From Squalus acanthias (lineage: Eukaryota), in NCBI GenBank assembly GCA_030390025.1, contig CM059425.1:165294001-165358000 (forward strand): a stretch of 64,000 nucleotides of DNA, in the 5' to 3' direction. The notes under the pieces were generated by a model. The model was given only the letters and a program-made list of their open reading frames with translations. It was not told the DNA's origin and did no database searches. The stretch's first letter is position 1; each line of letters starts with the position of its first letter. The translations under genes were made by a program, and so were the position numbers. Below, one piece after another: positions 34,770 to 47,960 of this stretch.

Positions 34770-36404
34770 TGTAAAGTTTCGCAATTATCGCGATTCGAAA
34801 TAACATAAGAGAGGCAGATTCGTTTGATCAGTTTTATTAAACGAAATGCTGTCCTGATAATAAAGGACACAGAAGCCTGTAAAATGGCCGCCGCGCATTG
34901 TGGCAGAAGCTTCCAGAATTACAGTGGGCAGACAAGATGGCGTCGAATAAACATTCAATATAAAATTGGATCATACTCGGTAAACACTGATAAAGACAGG
35001 ATGCAACCCGTTTGCATTTGGAACAATAGCAAAGATATAAGTGCTGGAATCATTTTCCATGCACAAGTAAGGACCATTGTACTGGGCAATCGAAGGCCCA
35101 TCCAGACACATCAATACACAAATACCCCCACGGCTCTACAATGAGAGAGACATCGACGGGTGATTAAGCAAGTATTCGGGGGCCCCCAAAACCAGTCAGG
35201 GAGACGATTCATACGATCCTGGCTGGGTCAACAATGGGGAAAACATTAACGGGTAGTTGGCCAGTTTCAGGTGCTACCGAAACCCGTTAAAGAGAAGAAT
35301 CGCCCCATGCTGGGAGTTTTGAGCGCCAATATTACACAAAGCACAAACATTAAGATTTGAGCAGGAGATAAGGGAACACAGCACTATAACTATAGTGAAC
35401 AAATGTCCATCGCTCTCTTATTCTCTTATTCTGATCCTCGGGTATCGCTCTGCTGGACGAGCAGCCTTTTGTGTTTCTCTGGACTTTGGTGACTCTTGAC
35501 TCTTAGCCGTACTGGTCGGTTATTCGAATGTTGGGTGGAGCTCACTCGGAACGAGCCGCCCCGACAAGGGCAAGTAACAGGGTGCACCATCCCGAGTGTC
35601 GGTAAACAGTGTCTGGACCCGAATGCCCGAAAAGACGAGATGAGACGAGAAGAAGAGGAGAAGAATCCACGTGCCGCCACGGTCAGTAAACCCCGACCGC
35701 GCCCGAAAATATAAATAAAGAACTTTTCATTGAAGTCTACTGACAACCGGTGTCGAACACAGGAAAACTCTTCTTTGAATTTTACAAACGTTTCCGAGTT
35801 CTACCGAGTTCTTCATGACAACAGGGAGTCTGGCCTGCTTGTCGCAGCAGCGAAAATAAACAAGTGGGGTACAGAGACCCTTCCAAACACGTGACAGTCA
35901 GGCGCTGCAGCGAAATGAGCCGAGTGCCTCACTTTAAAATTCTCCGAAGTAACATGAGTGGTGAGCATGTTTCCCGATCCTACAAATCTAGACGTAGTGT
36001 AGGTATTGTTAAGGGAGGGTGGTTATTAAGGTTAAAGTATAATGTGTTCCCCTTTTTACGGTGTGCCGTGCGTTCTTCATTTCCATAGACCAAGCTTTAT
36101 GAATGTATGTATACTTGTACTCTTGTTAAGTTGCGCCTATGACATGCACTTCATGATTTTGGACGCTATGCAATAAAGATTTCCATTTCGTACTATTCAA
36201 CCGGGTCTATTTGAGTTTTTCTCTGCATTACTGCTCCCTGCACCTAAGTCCAGTGTTAGAACCGTAAGGGCGAGTGGGTCGAACCACTCACAGGTGCTTA
36301 TTGCAACAAGGCTGGCCGGAGACCAGAGCAAGCAATAGTATTAGGCAACGAAGGCCTAACCTCGCACCAGCACCGTCTCTGAGAGACACGTCCCAACCCT
36401 TACA
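34770..36404 (+). mobile_element. Solo LTR, 1635 bp (Gypsy or ERV; class not determined)
   Basis: TGTAA...TTACA ends, GTCC TSD (34766-34769, 36405-36408), removal restores CR1 PLKYKDKLN; CCAAT ~35326, TATA-like ~35385, AATAAA at 36172; no coding similarity seen. Confidence 0.85.
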
Positions 36405-36615
36405 GTCCTTGTATTTTAGTGGAATATATTTTGCCTGGACTCTGTTGAACACTGTTTTAAATGTTTCCCATTGCTGTTCTACATCGTTGTTTGCCAATAT
36501 TGTTGTCCATTTTATTTTCCCAAGCTCTATTCTCAGCCCCTCAAAATCAGCTTTTCTCCAATCTATTACCCTGGTCTTCATCATACTTATGCCCTTCTCA
36601 ATTATTATTTTATAG

Positions 36616-37847
36616 CGTAACTAGCCGAATAGATAAGGGGGAACCAGTGGATGTGGTGTATTTGGATTTTCAGAAGGTATTCGATAAGGTGCCACACAAG
36701 AGGTTATTAAACAATATTAGGGCTCATGGGATTGGGAGTAATATACTAGCATAGATTGAGGATTGGTTAACGGACGGAAAACAGAATAGGAATAAACGGG
36801 TCATTTTCGGGTTGGCAGGCTGTAACTAGTGGGGTACCGCAAGGATCAGTGCTTGGGCCTCAGCTATTCACAATCTATATCAATAATTTGGATGAGGGGA
36901 CCAAATGTAATATATCCAACTTTGCTGATGATACAAAGCTGCACAAATGTAAGTTGTGAGGAGGATGCAAAGAGGCTTCAAGGGGATATAGACAAGCTAA
37001 GTGATTGGGCAAGAACATGGCAAATGGAATATAATGTGGAGAAATGTGAAGTTATCCACTTTGGTAGAAAAAATAGAAAAGCAGAGTAATTTTTAAATGG
37101 TGAGAGATTGGGAAATGTTGGTGTTCAGAGGGACCTGGGTGTCCTTGTACACGAATCACTGAAAGTTAACATGCAGGTACAGCAAGCAATTAGGAAAGCA
37201 AATGGTATGTTGGCCTTTATTACAAGAGGATTTGAGTATAAGAGTAAAGACGTCTTACTGCAATTATATAGGGCCTTGGTGAGACCACACCTGGAGTATT
37301 GTGTACAGTTTTGGTCTCCTTACTTAAGGAAGGATATACTTGCCATAGAGGGAGTGCAACAAAGGTTCACCAGACTGATTCCTGGGATGGGGGGATTGTC
37401 CTATGAGGAGAAATTGAGTAGACTAGGCCTATATTCTCTAGAGTTTAGAAGAATGAAAGGTGATCTCATTGAAACATACAAAATTCTTACAGGGCTTGGC
37501 CGAGTAGATGCAGGGAGGATGTTTCCCTTGGCTGGGGAGTCTAGAACCAGGGGTCACAGTCTCAGAATAAGGGGTCAGCCATTTAGGACTGAGATGAGCT
37601 GAAATTTCCTCATTCAGAGGGTGGTGAATCTTTGGAATTCTCTACCCCAGAGGGCTGTGGAGGCTCAGTCATTGAATATATTCAAGAGATCGACAGATCT
37701 TTGGATATTAAGGGAATCAAGGGATATGGGGATTGTGCAGGAAAGTGGAGTTGAGGTAGATCAGCCTTGATCTTACTGAATGGCGGAGTCAGCTCGAGGG
37801 GCCAAATGGCCTACTCCTGCTCCTATTTCTTATGTTCTTATGTTCTT
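36616..37847 (+). mobile_element. 5'-truncated CR1 LINE
   Basis: VDVVYLDFQKVFDKVPH, FADDTK, LVRPHLEYCVQFWSP, and a TTCTTATG tail. Confidence 0.93.
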
Positions 37848-38236
37848 ATTATATTATGGTCACTATTACCGAGATGTTCCCCTATTTTTACTTCTCTTAT
37901 CTGCTCTGGTTCATTCCCCATTACTAGATCCAATAGCGAATCCTCCCTTGTTGGGCTTTTTACATATTGGGTTAGAAAGGAGTCCTGTACACATTGTAGG
38001 AACTCCATTATTATTATTCTATGTTTGTTACTCATTTCCCTAATTTGTTTGCATATTTCTTCCTCCACCACCCTTCCACTATTAGGTGGCCAGTAGACGT
38101 GTGATTGATCCTTTATTATCTTTTATCGCTATCCACATGGATTCTATATCTGTCTTGCTGATAACTGCATCACTTTTTCTTATGGTGGGAGGAGCCAACT
38201 AGCCAGAAGAGACCGTGGTAAGTTTTAAAACTTTAC

Positions 38237-39127
38237 GGGGGAAAAATTCAGTTGGTTGCGCCTCCCGTTAGCGCCTTAAGAGGGCGCTAATGGGGCGCAA
38301 AGCAACTAGCGCCCGGGCACGGCGATGTTTGCGCCGCTCGCGAAATTAACTAGACATTTTGCGGCAGCGCTAAACACTACCACCACGATCTCCTGCGCCG
38401 GCAGATTGTGACGTCAGTCACGTGCGCAACGCCCCGGTAACACCCCGGAGCGGATATTGAGTGGCGCCCCCTGCCTTACCGCCTGCCACTAGCAACGACA
38501 GGTTGAGGGGAGCGTTTTGCAGTCAGGAAGGGACTGGGGAAGCGCTATTTAAACGCGACGGCTTCCTGCCTTTTTTTGTTGGTGACATTTTTGAACCACG
38601 CATTCTGAGAGAGAGAGAGAGACTTCTGGAGAGATTCAACGCTGTGTGAAGGAGTTTTGGGTACTGAGTAGCACTTTGCAGGTTCATTTTGATTTGCCCT
38701 TCCTTGTATCGATTTAGAAGAGACTGTGGGGGTTGCACTCTGAGCTCTTTCCCTGGGCCTCTCCATTGTTCTTTCCAGCAGATTTGATGTACAGGTCTCT
38801 CCAGGCCGAGATTCAAGGCTGCAATGAGCAGGATGTGGATGGAAAGCAAGATCGACCCTCCCCTTTAAGAACTGGCCAGCGCCATTGTGTCTGTGTTCCA
38901 TTGCTGACTGACATCACATGAGCTTCGCCAGCGCTCTGAGGTAGCGCCTCGCTCCTCGGCCTTTGCGCCTTAAGACAGATGTGTAGCGCCTGATTTAGTG
39001 CTCCAATCACCTCCAGGGGCGATAAAAGCCAAGTTTGCAGTCGGAGGCGATAATTAGTGCCAGGCGTTAATCTTTGCGCTTGGCCGATAATTGCGCCCCA
39101 AACGGGGCAATACTGAATTTTTCCCCC
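38237..39127. mobile_element. 891-bp non-autonomous deletion derivative of the A2 Harbinger family
   Basis: 16-bp TIR GGGGGAAAAATTCAGT, TAC TSD; left part matches 26657-27088, right part matches 31360-31746; junction near 38740. Confidence 0.95.
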
Positions 39128-39689
39128 TACCTCTCTTTGAACTCCTTATGGGCCAGGAGGAGCAGGTGTGCTCAACCCCTGGCTCCACAAGGAGACCTTG
39201 GGCCACTCCAACACTGGCATCCCCCCCAATCTTCAGGGAATCCTGAGCCCCGACTTCCTCCCAATTACGCATCACAGAGACGGAATCCCCCAGTTCTTGC
39301 CGACTTCTGATGTGATCACGAAGAAAGGATCCCTAGCCCTTCCGATTCTTTGGTCGATGTTAAGGGACTCAATCCCCAGACTGCCGGGGACCGTTCCCAA
39401 CTGTGGCCTCCTGCGGCTAAATTCCTGCTCCCATCTGCCAGCCAGGTAGTGAACCTGGCAGGGTGTCAGGCGGGACTCCAGGAAGTTTTAATTAAATGAG
39501 ACCCTGCCGTTAAGATTGGCAGGGCCTCTATGTATCTGAACTCTCCGGGTGTGCCCCCAGCTATCGGGATCGCTCGCACCCTTCTCGTTCACCTGTAGAA
39601 ATCGAGAACAATCTTTTAATAAATGTTTCTATGGGCATATCCTTATTACTAGGATTTTGAGAATATGAAGAAGGCTATGAATGAGAGAC

Positions 39690-40540
39690 TACAGAAGGTG
39701 ATTGCACCCAACCTGTAGATGTCTTCTCAACAGGGTTTACTGTTCTCAGAGGTCATACCTCAATTTCACACACCAGCAATCGTTCAGAAGCCTCGGCTTC
39801 CCCTAAAGGCCACTGGAGCGTTATACCAGCTGCTGGCTGAAGACTTGCACCTTGCATCAACAAAGAGCACAGCTTTATTGTTAACTGCAAAAAATGACCA
39901 CACCCGTGAATTTTTATTCAACCAAATCCTTTGAGACTGCCTGGGGTGTCCTCAGTTACATTAATCAGCAAGCTGTATTTGTGCACGTGTGTGTTTACCA
40001 ACCCCTTCCCTTTATTCTGTTCCTTTTCAAATGCTGTTCATCTGTAATTTCTTACAGTTTTGTTGAAGGGTCTACACCTGAACTGCTGATCTCTCTGTTC
40101 TCTTGGCCATATGCTGACTGACCTGCTGAATATTTTCAGCATTTTCTGCTTTTGTATCATACCTCCTGCAGCCCTGGCTGGTGACACCTCTAAGGCATCA
40201 CTCAGCAGGAAACAACAGGTTCTTGGAACAACTTGAATTGCCATTGAGCAGACGATCAGACTACTGGGCAGTTGTTTCAAATGCCTTGACCAATCTGGTG
40301 GAGCCCAGCAGTGTAACCAGCAAGGGTATGAGGAATGATTAGAGCCAGCTGCATGCTGCAAAGCTTTAGTTCTTTCAGTTGCAGAAGAGGATAATGAAGA
40401 AGGAACAGATTCACCATCATCAGATCATGAGGCAGTTACGTGGGAGAGAAATGAGATGGTTCAAAGAAAAACATTATCTGCTGCCTGAGAGGGATGACAG
40501 GAAACTATTACAAACTGATTTTAATTCAGCTAATTCTTGT
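39690..40540 (+). pseudogene. Heavily decayed Harbinger transposase relic with a short repeat inserted at ~39990-40155
   Basis: ALYQLLAEDL...VNFYSTKSF and IEQTIRLLGSCFKCLDQSGGAQQ align by eye to the younger transposases in this window. Confidence 0.65.
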
Positions 40541-40725
40541 AAAACATCTAAGACCACGACAATCTCTGTCCAATTATGAACACTATTCCCAAGGCTTCTA
40601 AACGTTATCCTTTTCAGGGATAAATCTTTCTCTTGCTGTACAACCACAAACAACAGATATCCACGTACTGCAGCTGAAAAAAACACTCTGTGGCTGAGAA
40701 ATGTATATTTTACTTACTACATAAT

Positions 40726-41402
40726 GGCCCTGAATTTGCGGTCGGTGGCTTCCCGCGGGAAAATGCCTCCGATCCGCAAATAAAATGCCGGCGTACCTGG
40801 GGCCTCGGGATCCATGGAGACTCGCGGTCCTGGGGCTCCCCGGGTACCCGCGGGTAGAGGCCCACATATCCCAGGGGCACAGGCGGTTCGCGAGCGCCCC
40901 TGGGATCATGTGGGCCGACCCAACCAATGACAGAAGGGAATCCCCATTCATACTTATGGGGATTCCGTATGTGGATACGTATGGAAGGAAATACCCCCAA
41001 AATACACTTAGACATCAAATAAATTAGAAGAAAAAAAATCACATATTTAAAATTAATTAAAATTGCATTTAATTAAATACTTAAAACAAAAATGTTATTT
41101 TTTGAAAAATAAATGTACATGTTTTAAATGGGCTAAAAATACACTTACCTTATTTAACAATTCTTTAAATGTATAAATTATTGATAACATTTTATTTTTC
41201 TGATTTTTAAAACTCTTATGCTAGTAAAAGCAGGCCTTACGCCTGCTTTTACCAGGCGTAAGAATTTCACGGGCATTCACTGGGCAGTAGTTGGGCAAAT
41301 AGCCCAACTCTCTGCCCGCGGATGCCCTTTTCCCAGGGATGCGGATGATCTGTCAAGAGTATTCGCCTCGTACACCCCCATAGGGGTCACAAATTACGGC
41401 CC
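40726..41402. mobile_element. Non-autonomous Harbinger-type MITE
   Basis: Imperfect TIR GGCCCTGAATTTG / CAAATTACGGCCC, AAT TSD; related to 21650-22365. Confidence 0.85.
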
Positions 41403-41489
41403 AATATCAATGCTAACTACTACAACTTCTTACTCCCATGTTTACTCCTTGTGCCTAAAACTTTGCCGATCTAGGGTATGGCACTATAA

Positions 41490-41790
41490 ACAGACTTGGT
41501 TACATCAATACTCTCCTGGCCATACTTGCATCCTCCGTAAACTTCAGCTCATCCAAAACTCTGCTGCCTGAATGCTAACCCACACCAAGTCCTGGTCGCA
41601 CAACACCCCTGACCTTGCTGATCTACATTGGCTTCCAGTTCCCCAGTGCCTCACATTTAAAAGTCCCATTGTTGTGTTTCAATCCTTCTGTGGCCTTACC
41701 CCTCCCTTACTCTGTAACCTCATTCAGCCCAAATTCCCTGTTCCTCTTACTCCAGCCTCGTGTGCATCCCCCTTCATTTCATCCCACTAA
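41490..41790 (+). mobile_element. L2 LINE ORF2 C-terminal fragment
   Basis: KLQLIQNSAA...LADLHWLPVPQCLTFK. Confidence 0.75.
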
Positions 41791-43396
41791 GATATCCACC
41801 AAGACATCTGAGAAACTGGGGGCTCCTCCAGCATCAGGTTGCTTCTCCTGCCATTCTATAATTCTTTATCCTGTCTCATGGGTTCTGATTTGCCAAAGTG
41901 CCTACCCCTTTAAGCAGCTTCAGCATTTTAAACACTACGGCTGCACAACATTTCCCTCCCTCCCAATGGCACATCCCACTGGTTAACCCATCGTTTGGTA
42001 CAATGCTCTCGCCAGTCTCCATCGTACCAACATAGGTTTGTTGAAGAGCACAGGAGCACGAATGCCACTCCAAGCCTACCCGAATATCTGATTAGACATG
42101 TCGCAGGAAAATGAGATGGGCTTCTGGTGGTGTCACGTGGATGGGCCGAAATCCCACTCTGCACCGTCCCCAGCAGGCTGAGGGGAATCCAGCCTAAAGT
42201 TTTCAATACGTTTTCAGTTTGCAATGGAATTTATACTTCTCATTTTACTTGAGCTGCCGGTATAATGTTTTATCTTATTTCAAATGTATTCCAACAAAAT
42301 ATACTTGTTTATTCTCAGAAGCCCCGCTGTCCAGGCAGAATACTTAGTATATGTTTCAAAGTGAAGAATAATTATTACATTCAATTGCAACAAAGCTGTT
42401 ATTATTGCGAATAGAAAATTAAATATTTTTGCACTTTGACTCTCGTGACAGCATCCTATTTACTTAAATCAAATATGGGAGGGTTTAAATTGTATTTCAA
42501 CTTCAGGCTCAGCGCCATATCTTCTACTGCACATTGTGATATTTACATTCCTCAGACGCTGTCTCTCTGTCCTTGTGGCCTAACAGAGTAAAATTCATTT
42601 AAAAAATCAATTGATTAGTAAGTAGACAGCAGTTGTGTGTTTTGAACTGGTCTTTAGAGAGAACTACCCAAATTCACTCGCAATCTACAAAGGAAAAGCC
42701 TCAGTCACTTCTATTGGGGCTGGATTAAACAACAATCTCCAATCCAAAACTTGTGATTTGTGTTTTGTCCTTTTTTTAATTTTCAGTGTCATTTCTGACC
42801 CACTGCTCACCATCTTGTATACCATCTACATGCAGGGATTGCTTTGCACAATTGTGAGACATTAAGCAGTACTGGTGAGTAATCATGCAATCATGCAACT
42901 CCTACAATGAGGCAGTTGCTACTGAAAATAAATATATTTCTCAGAATGCTCTGTGATGTCTGTAATCTGGTTTTAGTGAATCAAAAATAGTTCCTACATG
43001 TCATTTATTGTTTACATTTTTAATTACGGTGCACAATAATTAACCTTTGAGTGAAATGATTAAGGAGCATTAACAGGTTAAGCACAGAGACAAATTGAAG
43101 ATGATGTTTTAATCAGAATGAAATCCTGTGAGATGTGTGGTTTATCCACTCTAACCTTCATTGACACCATTGCCTAAGCATATAAGAACTAATAATCAGT
43201 GCATCAAAATACAAGCCAAAGCTTCTGAGCTTAAACAGAAGCATTACTGTGCATTTCAAAATCTTTAATCTTTATGGATTCTGAGCTGTAACCACAGTTG
43301 TCTTTGTCATGTGTAATCATTTAAAGTAAAGTCAGTGGATTTAAAATGTTTCAACTAGAATATTTGCAAAACAGAACTGTAGCAGCACCAATCTAG

Positions 43397-45590
43397 TTTT
43401 CTTTTTATTCGTTTATGGGATGTGGGGGTCGCTGGCAAGGCCAGCATTTATTGCCCAGCCCTAATTGCCCTTGAGAAGGTGGTGGTGAGCTGCCTTCTTG
43501 AACCACTGCAGTCCGTGTGGTGAAGGTACTCCCACAGTGCTGTTAGTTGGGGAGTTCCAGGATTTTGACCCAGCGACGATGAAGGATCGGCGATATACTT
43601 CCAAGTCAGGATGGTGTGTGACTTGGAGGGGAACTTGGAGGTGGGGGTGTTCCCTAGCGCCTGCTGCCCTTGTCTTTCTAGGTGGTAGAGGTCGCGGGTT
43701 TGGGAGGTGCTGCCGAAGATGCCTTGGCGAGTTGCTGCAGTGCATCTTGTAGATGGTACACAATGCAGCCACGGTGCGCCGGTGTTGGAGGGAGTGAATG
43801 TTTAAGATGGTGGATGGGTTGCCAATCAAGCGGGCTGCTTTGTCCTGGATGGTGTTGAGCTTCTTGAGTGTTGTTGGAGCTGCACCCATCCAGGCAAGTG
43901 GAGAGTATTCCATCACACTCCTAACTTGTGCCTTGTAGATGGAGGAAAGGCTTTGGGGAGTCAGGAGGTGAGACATTCGCCACAGAATACCCAGCCTCTG
44001 ACCTGCTCTTGTTGCCACAGTATTTATGTGGCTGGTCCAATTAAGTTTCTGGTCAATGGTGACCCCCCAGGATGTTGATGGTGGGGGCTTCGGCGATGGT
44101 AATGCCGTTGAATGTCATGGGGCGGTGGTTAGACTCTCGCTTGTTGGAGACAGTCATTGCCTGGCATGAATGTTACCTGCCACTTATCAGCCCAAGCTTG
44201 AACGTCGTCCAGGTCTTGTTGCATGCGGGCATGGACTGCTTCATTATCTGAGGAGTTGTGAATGGCACTGAACACTGTGCAGTCATCAGCGAACATCCCC
44301 ATTTCTGACCTTATGTTGGAGGGAAGGTCATTGATGAAGCAGCTGAAGATGGTTGGGCCTAGGACACTGCCCTGAGAAACTCCTGCAGCGATGTCCTGGG
44401 GTTGTGCTGATTGACCTTCAACCACCACAACCATCTTCCTTTGTGCTAGGTATGACTCCAGCCAGTGGAGAGTTTTCCCCCCGATTCCCATTGACTTCAG
44501 TTTTACTAGGGCTCCTTGATGCCAGACACGGTCAAATGCTGCCTTGATGTCAAGGGCAGTCACTCTCACCTCACCTCTGGAATTCAGCTCCTTTGTCCAT
44601 GTTTGGACCAAGGCTGTAATGAGGTCAGGAGCCGAGTGGTCTTGGCAGAACCCAAACTGGGTATCAGTGGGAAAGTTATTGTTGAGTAAGTGCCGCTTAA
44701 TAGCGCTGTCGATGACACCTTCCATCACTTTGCTGATGATTGAGAGTAGACTGATGGGGCGGTAATTGGCCAGATTGGATTTGTCCTGCTTTTTGTGGAC
44801 AGTTTTCCACATTGTCAGATAGATGCCAGTGTTGTAGCTGTCCTGGAACACAATAGCCAGGATGTGCTGGAATACAATTCTGCTGCTGATGGCCCATAGC
44901 GCCTCATGGATGCTCAGTTTTGAGCTGCTAGATCCCATTTAGCATGGTGGTAGTGCCACACAACACGATGGAGGGTGTCCTCAGTGTGAAGACGGGTGCG
45001 GTGGTCACTGCTACCAATACTGTCATGGACAGATGCATCTGCGACAGGTAGATTGGTGTGGACGAGGTCAAGTAGGTTTTTCCCTCGTGTTGGTTCTCTC
45101 ACCACCTGTCGCAGCCCCAGACTGGCAGCTATGTCCTTCAGGACTCGGTCAGTAGTGGTGCTACCGAGCCACTCTTGGTGATGGACATTGAAGTCCCCCC
45201 CACCCAGAGTACATTCTATGCCCTTGCTACTCTCAGAGTGCTTCTTCCAAGTGGTGTTCAACATGGAGGAGTACTGATTCATCAGCTGACGTAGGGCATT
45301 AGGTGTTAATCAGCAGGAAGTTTCCTTGCCCATGCTTGACCTGAAGGCATAAGACTTCATGGGGTCTGGAGTCAATGTTGAGGACTCCCATGGCCACTCC
45401 TTCCCAACTGTATACCATTGTGCCACAGCCCCTGGTGGGTCTGTCCTGTCAGTGGGACAGGATGGTGATGGAGGAGTTTGAGGCATTGGCTGAAAGGTAT
45501 GATTTGGTGAGCATAACTATGTTAGGCTGTTGCTTGACTAGTCTGTGTGACAGTTCTCCCAATTTAGGCACAAGTCCCCAGATGTTGGGT
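43397..45590 (-). mobile_element. Non-LTR retrotransposon (same family as 27427-28338), most of ORF2 with internal deletions
   Basis: Endonuclease (GDFNVHH, LLDLV, GSSDH), RT (NYRPISLLS, LDIKAAFDRVWH, QGSVLGP, FADD), and the matching 3' UTR. Confidence 0.92.
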
Positions 45591-45624
45591 GAGGAGGGCG
45601 AGGTCAATGCTGGGTAGTCCGTCA

Positions 45625-45910
45625 GGTTTTATTCTTATTATTGTGTTTTGTAGCTGTTTGATACAATTGAGTGGCTTGCTAGGCCATTTCAGAGGCCAGA
45701 CCAGGTAAGGATGACAGATTTCCTTCCCTAAAGAGGATTAGTGAATGGGTTTTTATGACAATCCAATAGCTTTTTATTCCAGATTAATTTAATAAACTGA
45801 ATTTAAATTCCCCAGCTGCCGTAGTGGGATTTGAACTTACATCTTTGGATCATTAGTCCAGGCCTGCTGGATTAGTAGCCCAGTGACATTACCACTATGC
45901 TACCGTTCCC
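45625..45910 (-). mobile_element. tRNA-derived SINE
   Basis: Minus strand GGTAGCATAGTGG...GTTCAAATCCC (Pol III A/B boxes); homologous to 49032-49431. Confidence 0.75.
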
Positions 45911-46929
45911 ATTGTAGTTATGCTTCAATAGCATCAAGGATATTGCTGACTAGTAAATCTGACACCAGGTCTATGTGATTGCCAATAGGGTAAACTTGAT
46001 GGCAGGTGATGTGACCAATGATTTTCTTGCCTCTGCAACCAAAGTCAAAAAGGGACTTAAATCCCAGATTGACAGCAATTAACCCACTAAGCAGGGTCCT
46101 GTGAAGATAACTATGAAGGTAAGAACCATTTTTAGTCAGAGGCAGAGGACATATAAAGTAATATTTGAACTCTCTTTGGGACAATCAGTACCTCCTGTGA
46201 AGGTAGATTATGATGTAGCATGTTGTGAGGATAATGGGCTGACAGCTCCTTTGCTGTGCAACTCTATTCTTGGCAATCCGTTGCCATCCTTCCTTTCTCC
46301 CCCAATCTCCTCTCTTCCATTGTTTTAAGTCCCCCTGGCTCTGATAGTGGGTGCATTTTAGCTCTAACCATAAGTTCAAGCTGCAAGTTTAAAGATACCT
46401 GGGCCCACTGCTCATCTCTGACCTCACCTGCTCTTTGTTTTCATCAGTGAGCACTAGATCTTTGCTTAAATTTGGCTTCCAAATTCCTGGACTTCTCTGC
46501 CGTCAAGACTACACTACTCCACTGGACTACATCGTATGACTCAGCTGCTGTCACTCTGATCTTCTACTCAGTTGCTTAAGTTTCAAGGTAACTTTGTCTA
46601 GCCTACAGCCCATTCCCCACCGCTGCTGTTACCTGCTGAGCTAATAACTGTCCTACTGGTTTTTCCGCTTTATTTTGCTACAGTGTGTTTCCTGCCAGAA
46701 ATTCACTCTCCTGGGCCGAAGTCCATTTCTCCACCACCTCTGGATTTTATAGTGACCTCCAACTTTGTCACCATTTTTTTGCCCCGGTATCAATTCTGCA
46801 CACCTCCTGGCTCTTCATTCCCACGGAAGTACCTCCAGCAATACTCTACCCTTCAAATAGCTTCTGGACACACTTGCCCTCCACACCTATCTCTGAACCT
46901 AGACAGCAGTTCGTCGATGCTCCAAGCTG

Positions 46930-47960
46930 ACTCCACCCTACCTACATTAACTTTATCCTACCACCGGACCTCAGGCTTTAATTTTGGACTCCCTCCTATT
47001 GTCCGCTCTCTATTCCCCATCCCTCCATATAAACTACCCTACCCATATTCACGGCCATCCCCTCGACCTTGCCATCTCACATGGCCTCTCTACTCCCATT
47101 GTGCTAATCACAGATAAGGCCATCTCTGATCACTCCCTTGTATCCCTCTCCACTTACAATCCCCTTCCCCCTCCCAACCCCACTTCCTCTGTGTTTGCCC
47201 CTGGAAAAAACTCTCCGCAAGTCACTTACAATGGCACATTCAAATTTCCAACTGTCTAGTCTTTGGTCCTCTATTCACCATGACATTTCTGCAGCTACCA
47301 AGCTTCCCAATCACACCCTCACCTCCACCGTTGATGCCCTTGTCCCCACTAAAACCATTACTCTCTCTGACCCTGGTCATTCCCCCGGTAGAGCCCTAAT
47401 CTCCGCTCCCTTAAGTCCAAGGGAGGCAAACTTGAATATCTATGGCAGACAACTGGTTTAGCCATTCATCACCAGATATGGCTGGACCACATAAAGCACT
47501 ATTGGGTCCTGCTCTCCTCTGCCAAAACTGCTCACTTCTAGGATCATCCTGGAATGCAAAGATAATGTCTGGCATCTCTTCTCTACTACAAACCATCTTC
47601 TTAAACCCCTCTCCCCTGCCCTCTTCACCCTCGCCTCCAACAACAAGTGCGAGGAGCTCATGGAGTTTTTTTGTCACAAAGATCGAGACCATCTGTTCAG
47701 CCGCCTCTTCTGCTTTCCTCCCTTCCCCTAGCAAACCAGATCAACCTCCCCGCTGCCCTAGCACTGAACTCACATCTTTCTCTAGATTCTATCCCATCTC
47801 CCGCAATGCTCTCTCCGAGCTCATCTTGTCCACGAGACCCACCTCCTGATCCCTCAATCTTATTCCGACTAAACAGTTATCCACCCAACTTCCCTTCCTT
47901 CTTCCCATGTTAGCTGATATTGTTAACGGTTCCCTCTCCTCAGGTACTGTCTCCCCCCTC
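46930..47960 (+). mobile_element. Decayed L2 LINE ORF2 fragment
   Basis: PTHIHGHPLDLAI...ISDHSLV, FFVTKIETI, LADIVNGSLSSGTV. Confidence 0.75.

Larger units (their letters stand above)
25006..38190 (-). mobile_element. One old CR1 copy in six pieces (25006-25655, 26538-26656, 31750-31895, 33663-34769, 36409-36615, 37848-38190)
   Basis: Pieces rejoin in ORF2 order: endonuclease (LLDLVMGN...GNSDH), [59 protein letters not shown], then 3' UTR. Confidence 0.88.

Noticed and set aside
34770..36404. Endogenous foamy virus LTR
   Set aside because: Length and 4-bp TSD are compatible but not diagnostic, and no viral coding remnant is visible.
40050..40155. Third hammerhead in a short Penelope-like tail
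   Set aside because: The core is degenerate (TTGTTGAAGGGTC...CCTGAAC); catalytic nucleotides are not intact.
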